DNA from: Octopus sinensis
Taxonomy: Eukaryota
Assembly (NCBI RefSeq): GCF_006345805.1
Contig: NC_043003.1
Location: 29,760,001-29,824,000, forward strand
Length of the DNA: 64,000 nt
Reading direction: 5' to 3'
The translations under genes and the position numbers were made by a program. The notes below the pieces were generated by a model that worked only from the letters and a program-made list of their open reading frames with translations, ran no database searches and was not told the DNA's origin. Positions 27,796-40,750 of this stretch are shown one piece after another (the first letter of the stretch is position 1; every line of letters starts with the position of its first letter).

Positions 27796-28820
27796 TTTCA
27801 CTTAATTTTGAAACTTCATGTTGAAAATTACATTAGAAAAAAGATAAGGATGGGAGTGGCTATTGAGTTGCTATTGATTAAAACAGAGTAAACAACCTGA
27901 TCAAACAGCACTTACTCTTCCAGTTTGGTATTACTATTGTTTAGCTTTAGATCTGCTTTGATCAAGCAGACTTATGATCAAAGGTGTTACCAGGTGTAAC
28001 CATCCTTTTTTCAGTCATACTCATAGTGAATCTAAGACCTCAATAGCCACAAGAATACTTGTCACATCAAAGTATCTCATGGTGTTTTTAAAAGACACAA
28101 CGCTATGAGATTGATGTTACTGTTGTTTACCCCAGATCAGCTCTGTTCTGGACCTAACATTCAATGATGTTCCAGTTGTGACCATTGTATGTTTTTTTCA
28201 GACATAGATACAGGCACAGCTGTGTAGTTAAGAAGTCTGCTTCCCAGCCATATGATTTCAAGTTCAGCCTCACTGCACAGCACCTTAGGCAAGTACCATC
28301 TACTATAGTCCTTGGCTGACCAAAGCCTTGTAGTGGATTTGGTAAATGGAAACTGATGGAAGCCTATCATATAAGTGTGTCTGTTTGAGTTTAATCATAT
28401 TTACACTTCTCTGAAAATCACTCGGCTATAGGCTTTTATGTTGTCATTTCCCATGTCAACAAACTACTTGCAGGCTTTGTGTCTACAAAGACATGTGGAG
28501 TAAGATATCCCTTACCCCCCCCCCAAAAAAAAAGGTGTTACTGACAGGAAGAGCATCTGGTTGTAAAACAATGTCTCAATAATGATCCATGCAAGCAGGA
28601 AAAAACAGTCCTAACTAAAAACAAATGTAAATGTTACTGAAAAAGGGTTTTCTAAGGCGATAAAATGTTATTTGACAAATTTCTTCGCTCATTTTCTTGG
28701 AGGATATGCAGGTACCATTTGTCAGTTTATCTAGCATACATCTAAGTCTCAACATTCTGACTACTGATGCACAGACATATGGTAAATCTGTTATCTTACT
28801 AAGGAACTGTTGTGCAACAT

Positions 28821-28861
<41 letters not shown>

Positions 28862-29823
28862 TCAAGTAATATTACGTCTGATGATATAAGATAATAGGTA
28901 CATACAACAAGTGCTCAGGTTAACTTCCTGCTTAATCTCCAACCTAAATGCAACTGAGAAAAAGCAGTGATGTTATAGTTGCCTAAATAAAGATTGGCTA
29001 AGGCAGTTTCAATTGAGCTAGTAGATATCTAATAGAATAAAAGCATAGATATACAAACAACTTGTATCTGGTCAAATTATGACATCTATGTATTTATACA
29101 ACAGCTTCATCTACCATATCTATCCCATCTTCATATTTGAAGCAGCTGTAGGGACTACATACAAACCTTCTTCTCATCCAGTTTTGGATTTTACCTATGA
29201 TGACCTGCCTTACTTATTGATATCTTGTGATTTAGACTCCTGAAACATTCTTTTCTACTTTCAAGTTGTATAACTATATGTCATAATAAACCAGATATCA
29301 GTTGTTTGCCAGTCTATGTTTTGATATTTTGCACTGCATAAAAGTGGTTGTAAAATGGTTGGCATTAGGAAGGGCAACCAGCCGTAGAAAATCTGCCTCA
29401 ACAAATTCCATTGGACCAGTACAAGCATAGAAATTTGGACATTAAAACAAAGATGATGAGAGAAAACTTATATATACATATACTGCTCCACTTAGTCCAT
29501 TCTGTTCTTATATACATGTATATATATAGTTGAAATTTACAGAAAAACAAAAGACGAAGACAGGGGTATAAACAACAAGCAGGTGTACTAGTTTGAAGCT
29601 CAGGAAGGTGAGAAAGTCTTTTATGCTTCGAGCTTACACTCTTCAACAGAAAGGAACACAAAGAAATAAACAGAGAGAGAAAAAAAAACTTGTGGATTTA
29701 GTGGTCAATCATGGCGACTGATATATGTATGTCTATATATATATATGTATATATGTATGTCTATATATATATATATATATATGTATATATGTCTATATAT
29801 ATATATATGTATATATGTATGTC

Positions 29824-29860
<37 letters not shown>

Positions 29861-30493
29861 CTATATATATATATTAGACCCAGGAAGACACAGGACGAGG
29901 TGGTGAAGCATGGTCTTCGAATGTTGAGCCTCATAATGACCCGTGATGGAGGCCTTTGGCAACATGCTGTGCTTGAGAAAACTCACTAAGTCAAGTGAAA
30001 ACATAGTCATGGCTAAAGCTAGTGTCATATAAATGACACCCATACCAGTGGTACATAAAAAATAACCATTGCACTTTCATAGTGGTTAGCATTAGAAAGG
30101 CATCCAGCTATAGAAACCAAGCCAGATCAGACTGGAACCTGGTGCAGCTCTCCAGCTTACGAGTATCAGTCAAATTATCTAACCCATGGAAAGCGAACAT
30201 TAAATGATGATGACGATATATATTATATATGCTTTCAATTTGATGAAGCTGCATACCTGGATTAAGTGTCAGTCAAAGATGGAGATTTGGCACCTAAAAT
30301 ATTTTCAATCACTCATTCCGCTCTTCTAGTGGACAATATTTATAAAGGCAACATAAAATTAAATTGCTGGATTACTGATTATATTAACAGTTAAAAAACT
30401 GCCACAGCTAGATGGCTGTGCTTTTTTAGGCAAGAGGTAGTACTCTATATGTTATGTAAGTACTTGTTTGATATATACACACATGATTATATA

Positions 30494-30709
30494 GAAGGGC
30501 ATGCTGAAAAGTTCCTGGCTTTGGGTAAAAGAAAATGCAGGAAGAACAGTTAATTATGATTTTATTCCACATATTCCCCTTTCAGATTCACACTTATTGC
30601 AGCAGTCCTTCAGTTTTCCTAAGTCCTGTAAAGGAACTCAGAAGGTAGGGCCTCCAACCAGGCCTTTTGCAATACCCTTAAAGCAAGGAACTTTTCAACA
30701 CCCACCTCA
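30494..30709. mobile_element. Mariner-type MITE
   Basis: TA|gaagggcatgctgaaaagttcctggcttt ... aaagcaaggaacttttcaacacccacctca|TA; imperfect TIRs. Confidence 0.7.
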
Positions 30710-31042
30710 TACATGTACAAGCACACACACACGGGAGGAGTCTGTATATTTACTTATTCAAAGTTCACATAGTATATTGTAGCTCTAATAATTAGTGTCG
30801 GGCCATCATTCTTGTATTGCTGTATAAATGAGTTTATGTCTTAAGTATATAGTTAATCACATTTTAATAAGTATTTTTCAATTACTGTCATTGACAATTT
30901 GGCAAAATACATCTTAATGAATCCTGATGAAATGTTCAACAATGGTAAAATTCCTCATCAGATTCTCAAACTAAGCTCCTGAGAAAGGTCCTTGTGGGCC
31001 TAATTTCATAAAACACACTATCTATCTATCTATCTATATATA

Positions 31043-32550
31043 TATATATATAAACGTGGCCGTAACCAGTACCGCATCGACTGGCCTCCGTGCTGTGGGC
31101 ACAACAAACACCATCCGATCGTGCCGTTCGCCAGCCTCATCTGGCCTGTGCCGGTGGCACATAAAGACACCATCCGAAGACCCGGCGACGTAGTCAGTCC
31201 ACCTGTGCATACCTTCCCTCTTATGACACTTGTGAAGACCTGTTGAGGCAAGTGTGTGACACTTGTGAAGACCTTTGAGGCAAGTGAAAATCAAACCAAA
31301 TCAAAATAGATGAATATCAATGGAATTTGTATCTTTGTGGTTCCAGTACCGGTGGCACACAAGAAAACCATCCGAAGTGGCCGTAGCTGGTACCGCATCG
31401 ACTGGCCTCCGTGCTGTGGGCACAACAAACACCATCTGATCGTGGCCGTTCGCCAGCCTCACCTGGCACCTGTGTCGGTGGCACATAAAAACACCATCCA
31501 AAGACCCGGCGACGTAGTCAGTCCACCTGTGCATACCTTCCCTCTTATGACACTTGTGAAGACCTGTTGAGGCAGAGGCAAGTGTGTGACACTTTGTGAA
31601 GACCTGTTGAGGCAGAGGCAAGTGTGTGACACTTGTGGAGACCTGTTGAGGCAAGTGTGTGACACGCGTGACACGCGTGAAGACCTGTTGAGGCAAGTGA
31701 AAATCAAACCAAATCAAAATAGATGAACATCAATGGAATTTGTATCTTTGTGGTTCCAGTACCGGTGGCACACAAGAAAACCATCCGATCGTGGCCGTTT
31801 GCCAGCCACATCTGGCACCTGTGTCGGTGGCACATAAAGACACCATCCGAAGACCCGGCGACGTAGACAGTCCACCTGTGCATACCTTCCTTCTTGTGAC
31901 ACTTGTGAAGACCTGTTGAGGCAAGTGACACTTGTGAAGACCTGTTGAGGCAAGTGAAAATCAAATAATCAAAACAAATCAAAATAGATGAACATAAATG
32001 GAATTTGTATCTTGTGGTACCAGTGCCGGTGGCACACAAGAAAATCATCCGAACGTGGCCGTAGCCAGTACCGCATAGACTGGCCTCCGTTGCTTTGGGG
32101 ACGTAACAAACCCCATCCGATCGTGGCCGTCCGCCAGCCTCATCTGGCACCTGTGTCGGTGGCACATAAAAACACCATCCGAGCGTGGCCGTCTGCCAGC
32201 CTCGTCTGGCACCTGCCAGCCTCATCTGGCACCTGTGTCGGTGGCACATAAAAACACCATCCGAGCGTGGCCGTCTGCCAGCCTCGTCTGGCACCTGTGT
32301 CGGTGGCACATAAAAACACCATCCGAGCGTGGCCGTTCGCCAGCCTCGTCTGGCACCTGTGTCGGTGGCACATAAAAATCACCCACACACTCTCGGAGTG
32401 GTTGGCGTTAGGAAGGGCATCCAGCTGTAGAAACACTGCCAGATCTGACTGGCCTGGTGCAGCCTTCGGGCTCCCCAGACCCCAGTTGAAACCGTCCAAC
32501 CCATGCTAGCATGGAAAACGGACGCTAAATGATGATGATGATGATGATGA
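31043..32550 (+). mobile_element. RTE-tailed SINE-like element with a tandemly amplified body
   Basis: Three large repeats of a module (gaagacccggcgacgtag...gaagacctgttgaggcaagtgaaaatc...ggtggcacacaagaaaaccatccg), then 62-bp units, then the common tail ggttggcgttaggaagggcatccagctgtag...ggacgctaaa(tga)n. Confidence 0.8.
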
Positions 32551-32596
32551 TATATATATATATATACAAGAAAAAAGCAACAAAAATGGATCAATA

Positions 32597-32686
32597 TTTC
32601 GGTACAATTGTTTCGTACGAAGACCACCTTTATTAAGGCTGCAAATATTGCAGCAAATACACGTGACCCGTACTCATCAGCCGAAA
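32597..32686 (-). ncRNA. Mirror-image type I hammerhead ribozyme, sense to the SLAIN pre-mRNA
   Basis: Reverse complement of the 32803-32892 motif, differing only by one base in the distal loop of stem II. Confidence 0.8.
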
Positions 32687-32802
32687 AAACATCTGAGTTT
32701 TCAAAACATGTTTTTATAGATAGTTCTATAAAAATAGAACTATCCCTGATGTTTCAGGAGTGTAGCCTCACCCCCTTAGATGTTTTGAGAACTCAGATGT
32801 TT

Positions 32803-32892
32803 TTTCGGCTGATGAGTACGGGTCACGTGTATTTGCTGCAATATTCGCAGCCTTAATAAAGGTGGTCTTCGTACGAAACAATTGTACCGAAA
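32803..32892 (+). ncRNA. Type I hammerhead ribozyme with an intact core
   Basis: Stem I TTTCGG (32803-08) / CCGAAA (32887-92). Core CTGATGA (32809-15). Stem II GTACG (32816-20) / CGTAC (32870-74), extended by a long irregular hairpin. GAAA (32875-78). Palindromic helix III ACAATTGT. GUA cleavage triplet, with the cut after 32886. Confidence 0.8.
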
Positions 32893-33037
32893 TATTGATC
32901 CATTTTTGTTGCTTTTTTCTTGTTTATAATCACCCCGCATTATCTTATGGTTAATACCATATAGATTTCTGGTGCATCTAAGTTAAGTACCGCATTCATG
33001 TGAATTCAACAGAACTCACTTGAATCTTAATTGCTTT

Positions 33038-33092
<55 letters not shown>

Positions 33093-33311
33093 CGCACACA
33101 CACACACATTCATGTGTGTATATATATAACACTCCCTTCTTAAACAGTAACATAAACTGATTCCAGTACGAGAATAACGATGACATGCACACAAAAAAAA
33201 GTGTAAAGGATTTAAGCAGTATTCTATTGCTTCCTTTACAAATTCTAGACTTTTTGATATCTGTATATAAATAGAAAGATACCACCAATACTTCTAATTT
33301 TCTGGGCGTGC

Positions 33312-33350
<39 letters not shown>

Positions 33351-34567
33351 AACACCAGACAAGAGAATAAAGCAAGAAATTATTTAATAACATTTTTACA
33401 TGTTTCTATGACAATTACGTGATAATTACATAATTCTACATAATCCACAGTACAAGCCATGTATGTTAATACGCACTTTATAAACATATTGTGCGTACAG
33501 GTGTGCATACTAGCAGGGTTAGATAGTTCTATAAATATTGATTAAAGATTTTCTCAAATGAAAATGCTTTTAACTTGTTATCCATTATTATTTTCAAAGT
33601 TAGGAGAAACAATAGCTCTCAAGTTAAGTTAGCTATGAGTTCAAACCATACTTCAACCACTGAATTGTGACCTTGAGTAAAGCTCTTTACTATGTTGCCT
33701 CAGTATGCCTAACTGTTAAGAGGTTCCAACTGAATGGTTAGTAATGAAAATGGCATCCAGCTGTAAAGGTAAAAAATAAAAAATAAAACAACTTCACCAA
33801 TAAAAACCATCCTGTCCCACTTTGAATAAATGGTTGTAACACAACAAAATAAGAATAGTTGAGTGGCTAATGAACAGTTTGTATATATTTAGCACAGCCT
33901 TAGCCTCTCCTCATTAGCCCTTTAAAAAAGATAAATAAATACAAAAACCAACAACAAAAGCAAACACCAATCCTAGTCAGATTTGGACACATGCACACAC
34001 CTTTTGCACCTACTAACATTAAAAATATCTCTCAGAGAATAAACTGAATGAAAGAAGAAATGCTGATGAAAGCCAGAGGCTATATGACGCAAAACTAGCT
34101 AACAGAAAACTCAGATCAATGGCAGCACTACAGGTAAAACCAGATGTTTGTTGGCACTGGGGATGGTTCAGCAGTAAATAACCAAGTAACTTTTTTTATA
34201 TACATACATACACACACAGACACAGACACACTCTATAAGCATTGTAGTGTAGGAAGTTTTCCCAGCAGACTAAGTCTTACATTTCCTTCCCTATTACTAA
34301 TCACAAATGGTCAAACAACTAATTATTAATAGCACTAGTATAAGATATAAATATAAACACACACAGACATATGTATATATATATACATCCTCAGTAAATA
34401 ATAAATCCTAAAGAGAAGAACACTAAGTTATAGAGCAATAGAGCTTTATAAATGCAAAATCTTAACTGGCCATTAGGGTCTGATGAGATATATGTAAAGC
34501 CAAGCACTTTATGAACATGAAACCCTGGGTAACCCTACAAACCAACCATAACTATCTTTCTCTAAAA

Positions 34568-34607
<40 letters not shown>

Positions 34608-35699
34608 TTATACACACATACCACTGTTTTATGTCTACTGTCTTCTCATTTCCCTCATGCCAACATGAACTTGTTGAGACCAGGGTCTCACATATGAACT
34701 TTTAGAGCTTCATACCCATCCCCTCACCAATTACTTTACAGCTAAGATTTGATGGAGTTTACTGTTACTGGCAGTAAGGCTAAAGAGTTCCGTCTACTCT
34801 ATATGACACATCTTTGAATAATGTCATTTCACACTATGTAACAGTTTTGAAAACGTTCTTTTTTTTTTTTGCTTAGTTACATTTAACACTACCATTACAC
34901 AAAAATATTACCTCAATAATGTAAATAGTAAGAGAAGTGAGAGTTCCAAAAGCATAACTGCCAAAGTAAGACCAGAATTTCTCTTTCAAAGTGAGGGCAG
35001 ATTATATAATTCTTGTGTATGGAGTATCATGGTAGGATATGGAACTTAATGTGCAATAATTGTGATAGCTAGAAATAAATTAGGGTGAACAAGCTATGGA
35101 GGATGTGTAATGCTAGTGTGTGTGAATAAGAATTCAAAGGAGCCGAGAGGAAAACTGGATATAAATAGAGCCAGATATAGTGAGGACAGAATCTACGGAA
35201 AAGGGAAACTAAAGAGGACATGAAAACAAAATGGTAAAGACTTATTTCAAAAGCTGGACTTCACAAAGGAGTTGAAGGTCCTGCAGCAAGTGGTGAAATA
35301 TGATAAAGAAAACCTATCCAGCACATGTAGCAAAGAAAAATGGAAAAATAGGATTGCTCCCACACATTACGCATAGTTACATGTTACCCCTTGGCAAAGC
35401 ATAGCATCAATTCAGCCATCCTGTCAGGAATACAGCAAAGTCATGAGACTGTAGCATGACGGATTATGAATAAATAGAAAAATATAAGAATAGTGAACTT
35501 GCCATGAAGAGTGGAAAATCCAAGATTTTGGAGAGAGCCCTTCAGTGAAAAGTTGAAAGATGAGAAATAAATGAGAAGCAGCAGAGTTTTACATCCTCGA
35601 AGTTAAAAAAAACAAAACATTATGTGTTATTTATTTCTCTCCTTTCAACTTTTCACTGAAGAAGCACACTGTCCAAAATATTGGATTTTCCACTCCTTG

Positions 35700-36760
35700 T
35701 GGCAAATCTATTGTACTCTTTTCATTGATTTTACTACATAAGTCTAGTCAATACAGACTAACACCAGCCTCTTTGAAGTTTTTGATTATATATGTATACC
35801 AGCAGGCTCTTGCTTTAGGGAAGTTCAGTGAAAGCAATGCTATTGCTGTGGACATCAGCAAAGACCTCAAATGTCTCTGGTATGCAAATCTCCTTTCAAA
35901 ACTTCTATCCATCTCTGATTTCTTGGATCAGTAGCATCCTCTCAGATTGCACTACTGCAACACATGCTGACAAAGCTCTTTCTGTCCCATTTTCAATCAA
36001 CTCTGGTACTCCCTAGGGCTCACACCCCACTCTCTTTTTTTCTACATCAAAGACCTATTTGTCACCACATGAAAAAACACCCACTCTTAAGCAGATGACA
36101 CAATCCTTCATTCCTCTCTCTAACTTTCCCCAACTATGCATCATCCATATACAGCTTAGATGCCACACACCAAACCTACATTGACTCTATAAAAGGACCT
36201 TGCAAGCATCCTTCATTGGAACCATGCCAACCATGTCTCTTTTTTAACAGCATTAAAGAAAAAACTTCAAGTGCCACTCATATCAACACTGTATCCCTTG
36301 CCAAACACGTGTCTCATTCAGTTAAAGCCCTCCAGTCACTCTAAATGCAGGACCATACTTACTACCATCAAGGAACACTTCTGGAAAAAGTACATCCTTA
36401 ACATAGCAAGCACTACATCCCAAAAACTGGCTTTTCTCTTCAGGGCCAGAAAATATCTTAGTCTCTAACAGCTGCTGACACTCCACAAAACTCAAGTGAG
36501 CTCCACGAGAGAATACCACATCTGGGATGGGATACTGCTACCATTTAGCATTTTGCCACAAATAAAGATACTTCAGCCACTGGCCCACAGGCAAACCGTG
36601 ACCTATCACTGTCTTTTCTATCAGTATTATGATGGCTGCTGTTCCTCTGGCTAGTCATACCGCCAACTCAATTGTCCTTCTAATCTCTCATCACTCTTGG
36701 TGTGCCTAAATTCCTTGCCCTCAATCTAACCATTATTCCCAGTCCTTTCAGCCCCTGGAA
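35700..36760 (+). pseudogene. Decayed CR1/Jockey-type LINE RT fragment
   Basis: AIAVDISKDL, FSINSGTP*G, gcagatgac (ADD), and LAFLFRARKYL. Similar to the 4290-5560 copy. Confidence 0.72.
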
Positions 36761-38199
36761 TCTCCTCCCTGTTCATATCTTTCTTGGAGGTGTTTAACTG
36801 TAATAGTTTAAATGAAACATTAATGGCATCAAGCCTATTGCTCTTGGAGAGCCTGTGAAGATCATTGGCACTGCTCCTTCCTTCAATTTCAGCAAATGAA
36901 AGAGAAACTATATCGTCATTTAACATCTTTTCCATGTTTGCATGGGTCAGATGGCATTTGTTACCGTAGATTTTTAATGGTTGGATGCCCTTCCTGTTGC
37001 TAATCCTCACCTGCTTCCAAGCAATGTAATATTTCCCATTGCCAGCCATGTTTTGTTGGAAGATTGGAAACAAACAGCCCTTGTATGATGGTGATGCTCG
37101 TTTACAGCCATTATCCGATGTCAAGATAAGGGTACACACAAACACACATGTACATATATAGACAAGCTTCTTACAGCTTCTGTCTACCAAAGCCACTAAG
37201 GATTTTGTCAGCCTAGGACTATAGCAGAATAGAAGACACTTGGCCAAAGTGCTGCACAGTGGGACTGACTCAAAGACCACATTGTTGAGAAGCAAGCTTC
37301 TTAACACAGCCACATGTTGTTGTTGTGTGTTTGTGTGTGTGTAAAAATGTGGATTTATTATAATCAGTTTTGTGATTAATTGATGGAAGGAATAAAGTAA
37401 ACGTTACTCAAAATAACATCTGGTGCCATCTAAACTTAGAAGAGAGATCAATAGATCAATATAATGTAAAGCACAACATAGCCATGTAGGTCAAATTTCT
37501 GAAAAAGTTTAATACTCCAGCAATGTTTTCAAGCCTGTCTGTTGTGATAAAAAGCAATAATAACTTTGTTGTTGCTGTTGCTTTTTTCTTCCAGGGAATA
37601 GATAAGGGGGTTTAATAAGTAGAAATTACAAAAATGGTGGGGTTTTTCACAGAGGCAATTATGAAAACAAAAAGACAAGAATGGAAAAAAAACAGTATAC
37701 AAAAGAATGAAATGTGACCTCCTTATAGGGGGACAAACGCTAAAATCAATCAAGGAACTCAATTCAAAATTATCCTCATACCCAAAAAAACATTCCCTCT
37801 TCCAGCTGTGTTCTCCTGCTTAGTGATGCATGCTTAGAGTAGGCCCAATTATGCTGGCTATTCACAGCACTCTCACACAACTAACTCTCCTTACCTTCCA
37901 CTCTAAATGAAACCTCTTGACTGAGCAGAAAAATGCTGTCTTCAATCCTTTCAATGTTACCCACCATGCAAATTCTTTTGTTATAACTGCCAAACAATGG
38001 GAAATTGCCTGCTCTTCCTGGCTAAAAGAAGTCAGTAGGATGATCCTCACAATGAAGTCAAATGACATCCAGATCTGTCCTATGCGCAACAGGGCTGTTA
38101 ACCAAAGCCCAGACATTGAATGACTGCATACAGAATAGTTTCATTATTCACTGTTCATTTTGAACAGGCTTGGCTAGCCACTAGTATTAGCATGTCTGA

Positions 38200-38650
38200 A
38201 AAGTAAATCTTGAACCAGCAAAACTTAAAAATAGCACTGCAAGGTTAAGGATTTGGGGAAATTGACCCAGAGTTGAAAGTTCTCCAAAATAAACTGTTCA
38301 TATAATTTTGTCAACAACCAAAATCTTCTCAAGAATGAAGTCAGTCTTGCTTCTACAGAATGTAATGTATGATATTTTAAAAGCTGCATTGCCTCAATAG
38401 TAGAGAAAGATAAGCATCTGACAACATTCCAGATCCCAGGCACCCAATGTTGGTCTTTACTTGACCAAAGACTTGACAAGCTGTAAGAATCATACCTCAT
38501 ACAGCAACCAAAGCTTACTTTCTAAAGATCCCAGTCAAATGTCAAAATGTTACAACTCCAGGGCATGTCTGCACATTTATCAGCTACAGTTTGTTTGAGA
38601 TCTTTGTGCAGAGGGTGCTCAATCAAAGATGACTTTTGGCTAAATAATAA
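38200..38650 (-). pseudogene. Highly decayed RTE-like RT C-terminal fragment
   Basis: Fragments TIEAMQLL and VYFGELSTLG resemble RTE SIEAML and LYGEL..G motifs. Weak evidence. Confidence 0.35.
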
Positions 38651-40715
38651 CCATGCTTAATCCCAACTGCAGTTACCTCTCAGTAAAAGTAAATGACTCC
38701 TTGGGGAACAGGAACCAGTGCATAACGATAAATAATGGACAACAAAGTGTGAAGCAAAATTTATATTGCAGTAAACACGGAGAATGTGGAAACTAAGCAA
38801 ACAAGCATCATCATTTTAATATCCACTTTTCCATACTTACATGGATCAGATGAAATATATGGAAGATTTTTTTATATGGTTGGATGTCCTTCCTGTTGCC
38901 AACCTTCACTTGTTTCTGAGCAAGGTAATATTTCCCCATGACGAGAAAGTATTTTGCAGAAACAAAATAAATGACACTGCTTGAATGACAGTGATACTCA
39001 TTTACAATTAATCACATGATGGCAAGACAAGGAGACACAGACACACAAGCTTCATTCAGTTACCATCAGCCAAATATACTCACACAGCTTTGGTTAGTCC
39101 AAGGTTATAAACAAAGACTCTTGCCCAAGGTGCCATGCAAGAGCGAACCTGAAACCATGAAGTTAGGAAGCAAACTTTTCAACACAGCCATGTTGAAAAT
39201 AATAAACAGCCAAAAGGAAGACAGAACTAGGAGAAGGCTAAATATTTATCCTAAGTACTCAGCAACCCATCATGAAGTAGATACTCAACTAATAAATCAT
39301 CATACACTAAAGTTTATCCTATTTTACTAAGTACATGTAGTGGCAGAAGCAACACATAATTCTGCTTACACAGTCACAATTAGAACTACATTAATAACTA
39401 ATACAACTACCTTTGTTGATTCAGAGTTACTTAAACATGTAAATTGTAAGCTTTAGAATCTCTGAGACAATTTTTTAATGAGATCAATCTGTCAGTTTGT
39501 CAGGCATTCTGTTTGTCTAATTATTTTTCTATGATTTTCTTTGCTCTTTCTACTGCAGAAATTAGATGAAAATTTTGCAAAACAGGTATGGGTTTTATGG
39601 ATATGCAAATCTGGATATTTGCATTAATTGTTGAAGTAAATTTTAAAATGTTTTAAATGTTGGGAACTCTTCAACTAAAGATGTGCTAGACCAGAAGTTG
39701 AGAAGTGGCTGATCTTAACCTGTGGTAGGTTTATGTTGCTATTGTGCAAGTCAATAAACACTTGAAATGATCTTGAGCATTAAGGGAGCTGAATGAACCT
39801 GCAAAAGTACAGTGATTTAAGGCTAAAACCTACTACTTTCAAGTAAAATATTGAAGCAATAAATACTATTCACTAAACACATATTTCACATTATATATTC
39901 TAACTACGTCAATATCATATGATTGTATTTTTATTGTTCAAATATTATTAAAAAGCAATAATGACACAAAGAGATGATGGAATTTTTTAAATCAAGAAAT
40001 TTTCTTAATAATTATATTTTAAAATTTTATCTGAAACATTTACATGACAGAAGGTCAATAAGTTTTCAACGAGGAAGAATAAGGGAGAATAATCCTCAGT
40101 CCAGAAGCCCAACTTCATAGCCTGCAACACTGTCGCCTATGCTGAAAGAACCCCATAGTACAGGTGGTGGTGTTGAACTCAAGAACAGCAGTCCCTCTGA
40201 CAGATATCCATAGTTTCCATCTATCAAATTTCACTCACAACATACTGGACCACCCAACGCTATAGTAGAACATACTTGCCCACTTTCTGATTGAACCCAC
40301 AACTAACTTCTCAACCACACAGCAATTCCTGCACCCAATAAGTGAAGAGCAAGTGGAATTTATCTTCAGCTATTGTCATTATATTTTTTATCTATTATTT
40401 GCTTCAGTCATTAGACCACAGCCATGCTGGGGCACCACCTCGAAGAATTTTAGTCAAATGAATCAACCCCAGTATTCATTTTTTTTTTTTAAACTCTGAT
40501 ATTTATTCTATTGGCCAAATTGCTAAGTTATGGGAATGTAAACACACACACCAACACCAATTTTCAAGCGTGAGTCGGGGACAAACACAGACACAAACAC
40601 ACACATATAGATTGTTTGAAGTGGTGTACAGATTTTATATATTAAGACAAAGGATGTAGACAGAATTTTGGGTAATAATTTATTTAGTGCTTTCATCTCA
40701 TTTTGAAGAATCATC

Positions 40716-40750
<35 letters not shown>

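Larger units (their letters stand above)
32566..32923. repeat. 358-bp inverted repeat (144-bp arms, 2 mismatches, 70-bp spacer), probably an inverted Penelope-type terminal-repeat pair
   Basis: Arm-by-arm comparison of 32566-32709 with 32780-32923. Each arm contains a hammerhead ribozyme. Confidence 0.92.

Noticed and set aside
31685-31703. CTGTTGAGGCAAGTGAAA in the SINE module resembling a hammerhead core
   Set aside because: No credible stem II, helix III or cleavage triplet.
31301-32499. Long overlapping ORFs (up to 201 aa) in the tandem array, and similar ones at 54021-54515
   Set aside because: GC-rich SINE repeats open in several frames on both strands; the 62-bp unit is not a codon multiple. 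It is also not a CRISPR array, as there are no unique spacers and the DNA is eukaryotic.
34066-34105. CTGATGAAAGCC..GGCT hammerhead-like start
   Set aside because: The GAAA half is displaced and damaged, and no stems I/III are present.
36726-37313. 195-aa minus-strand ORF
   Set aside because: It runs across two SINE families with no domain similarity; an incidental open frame.
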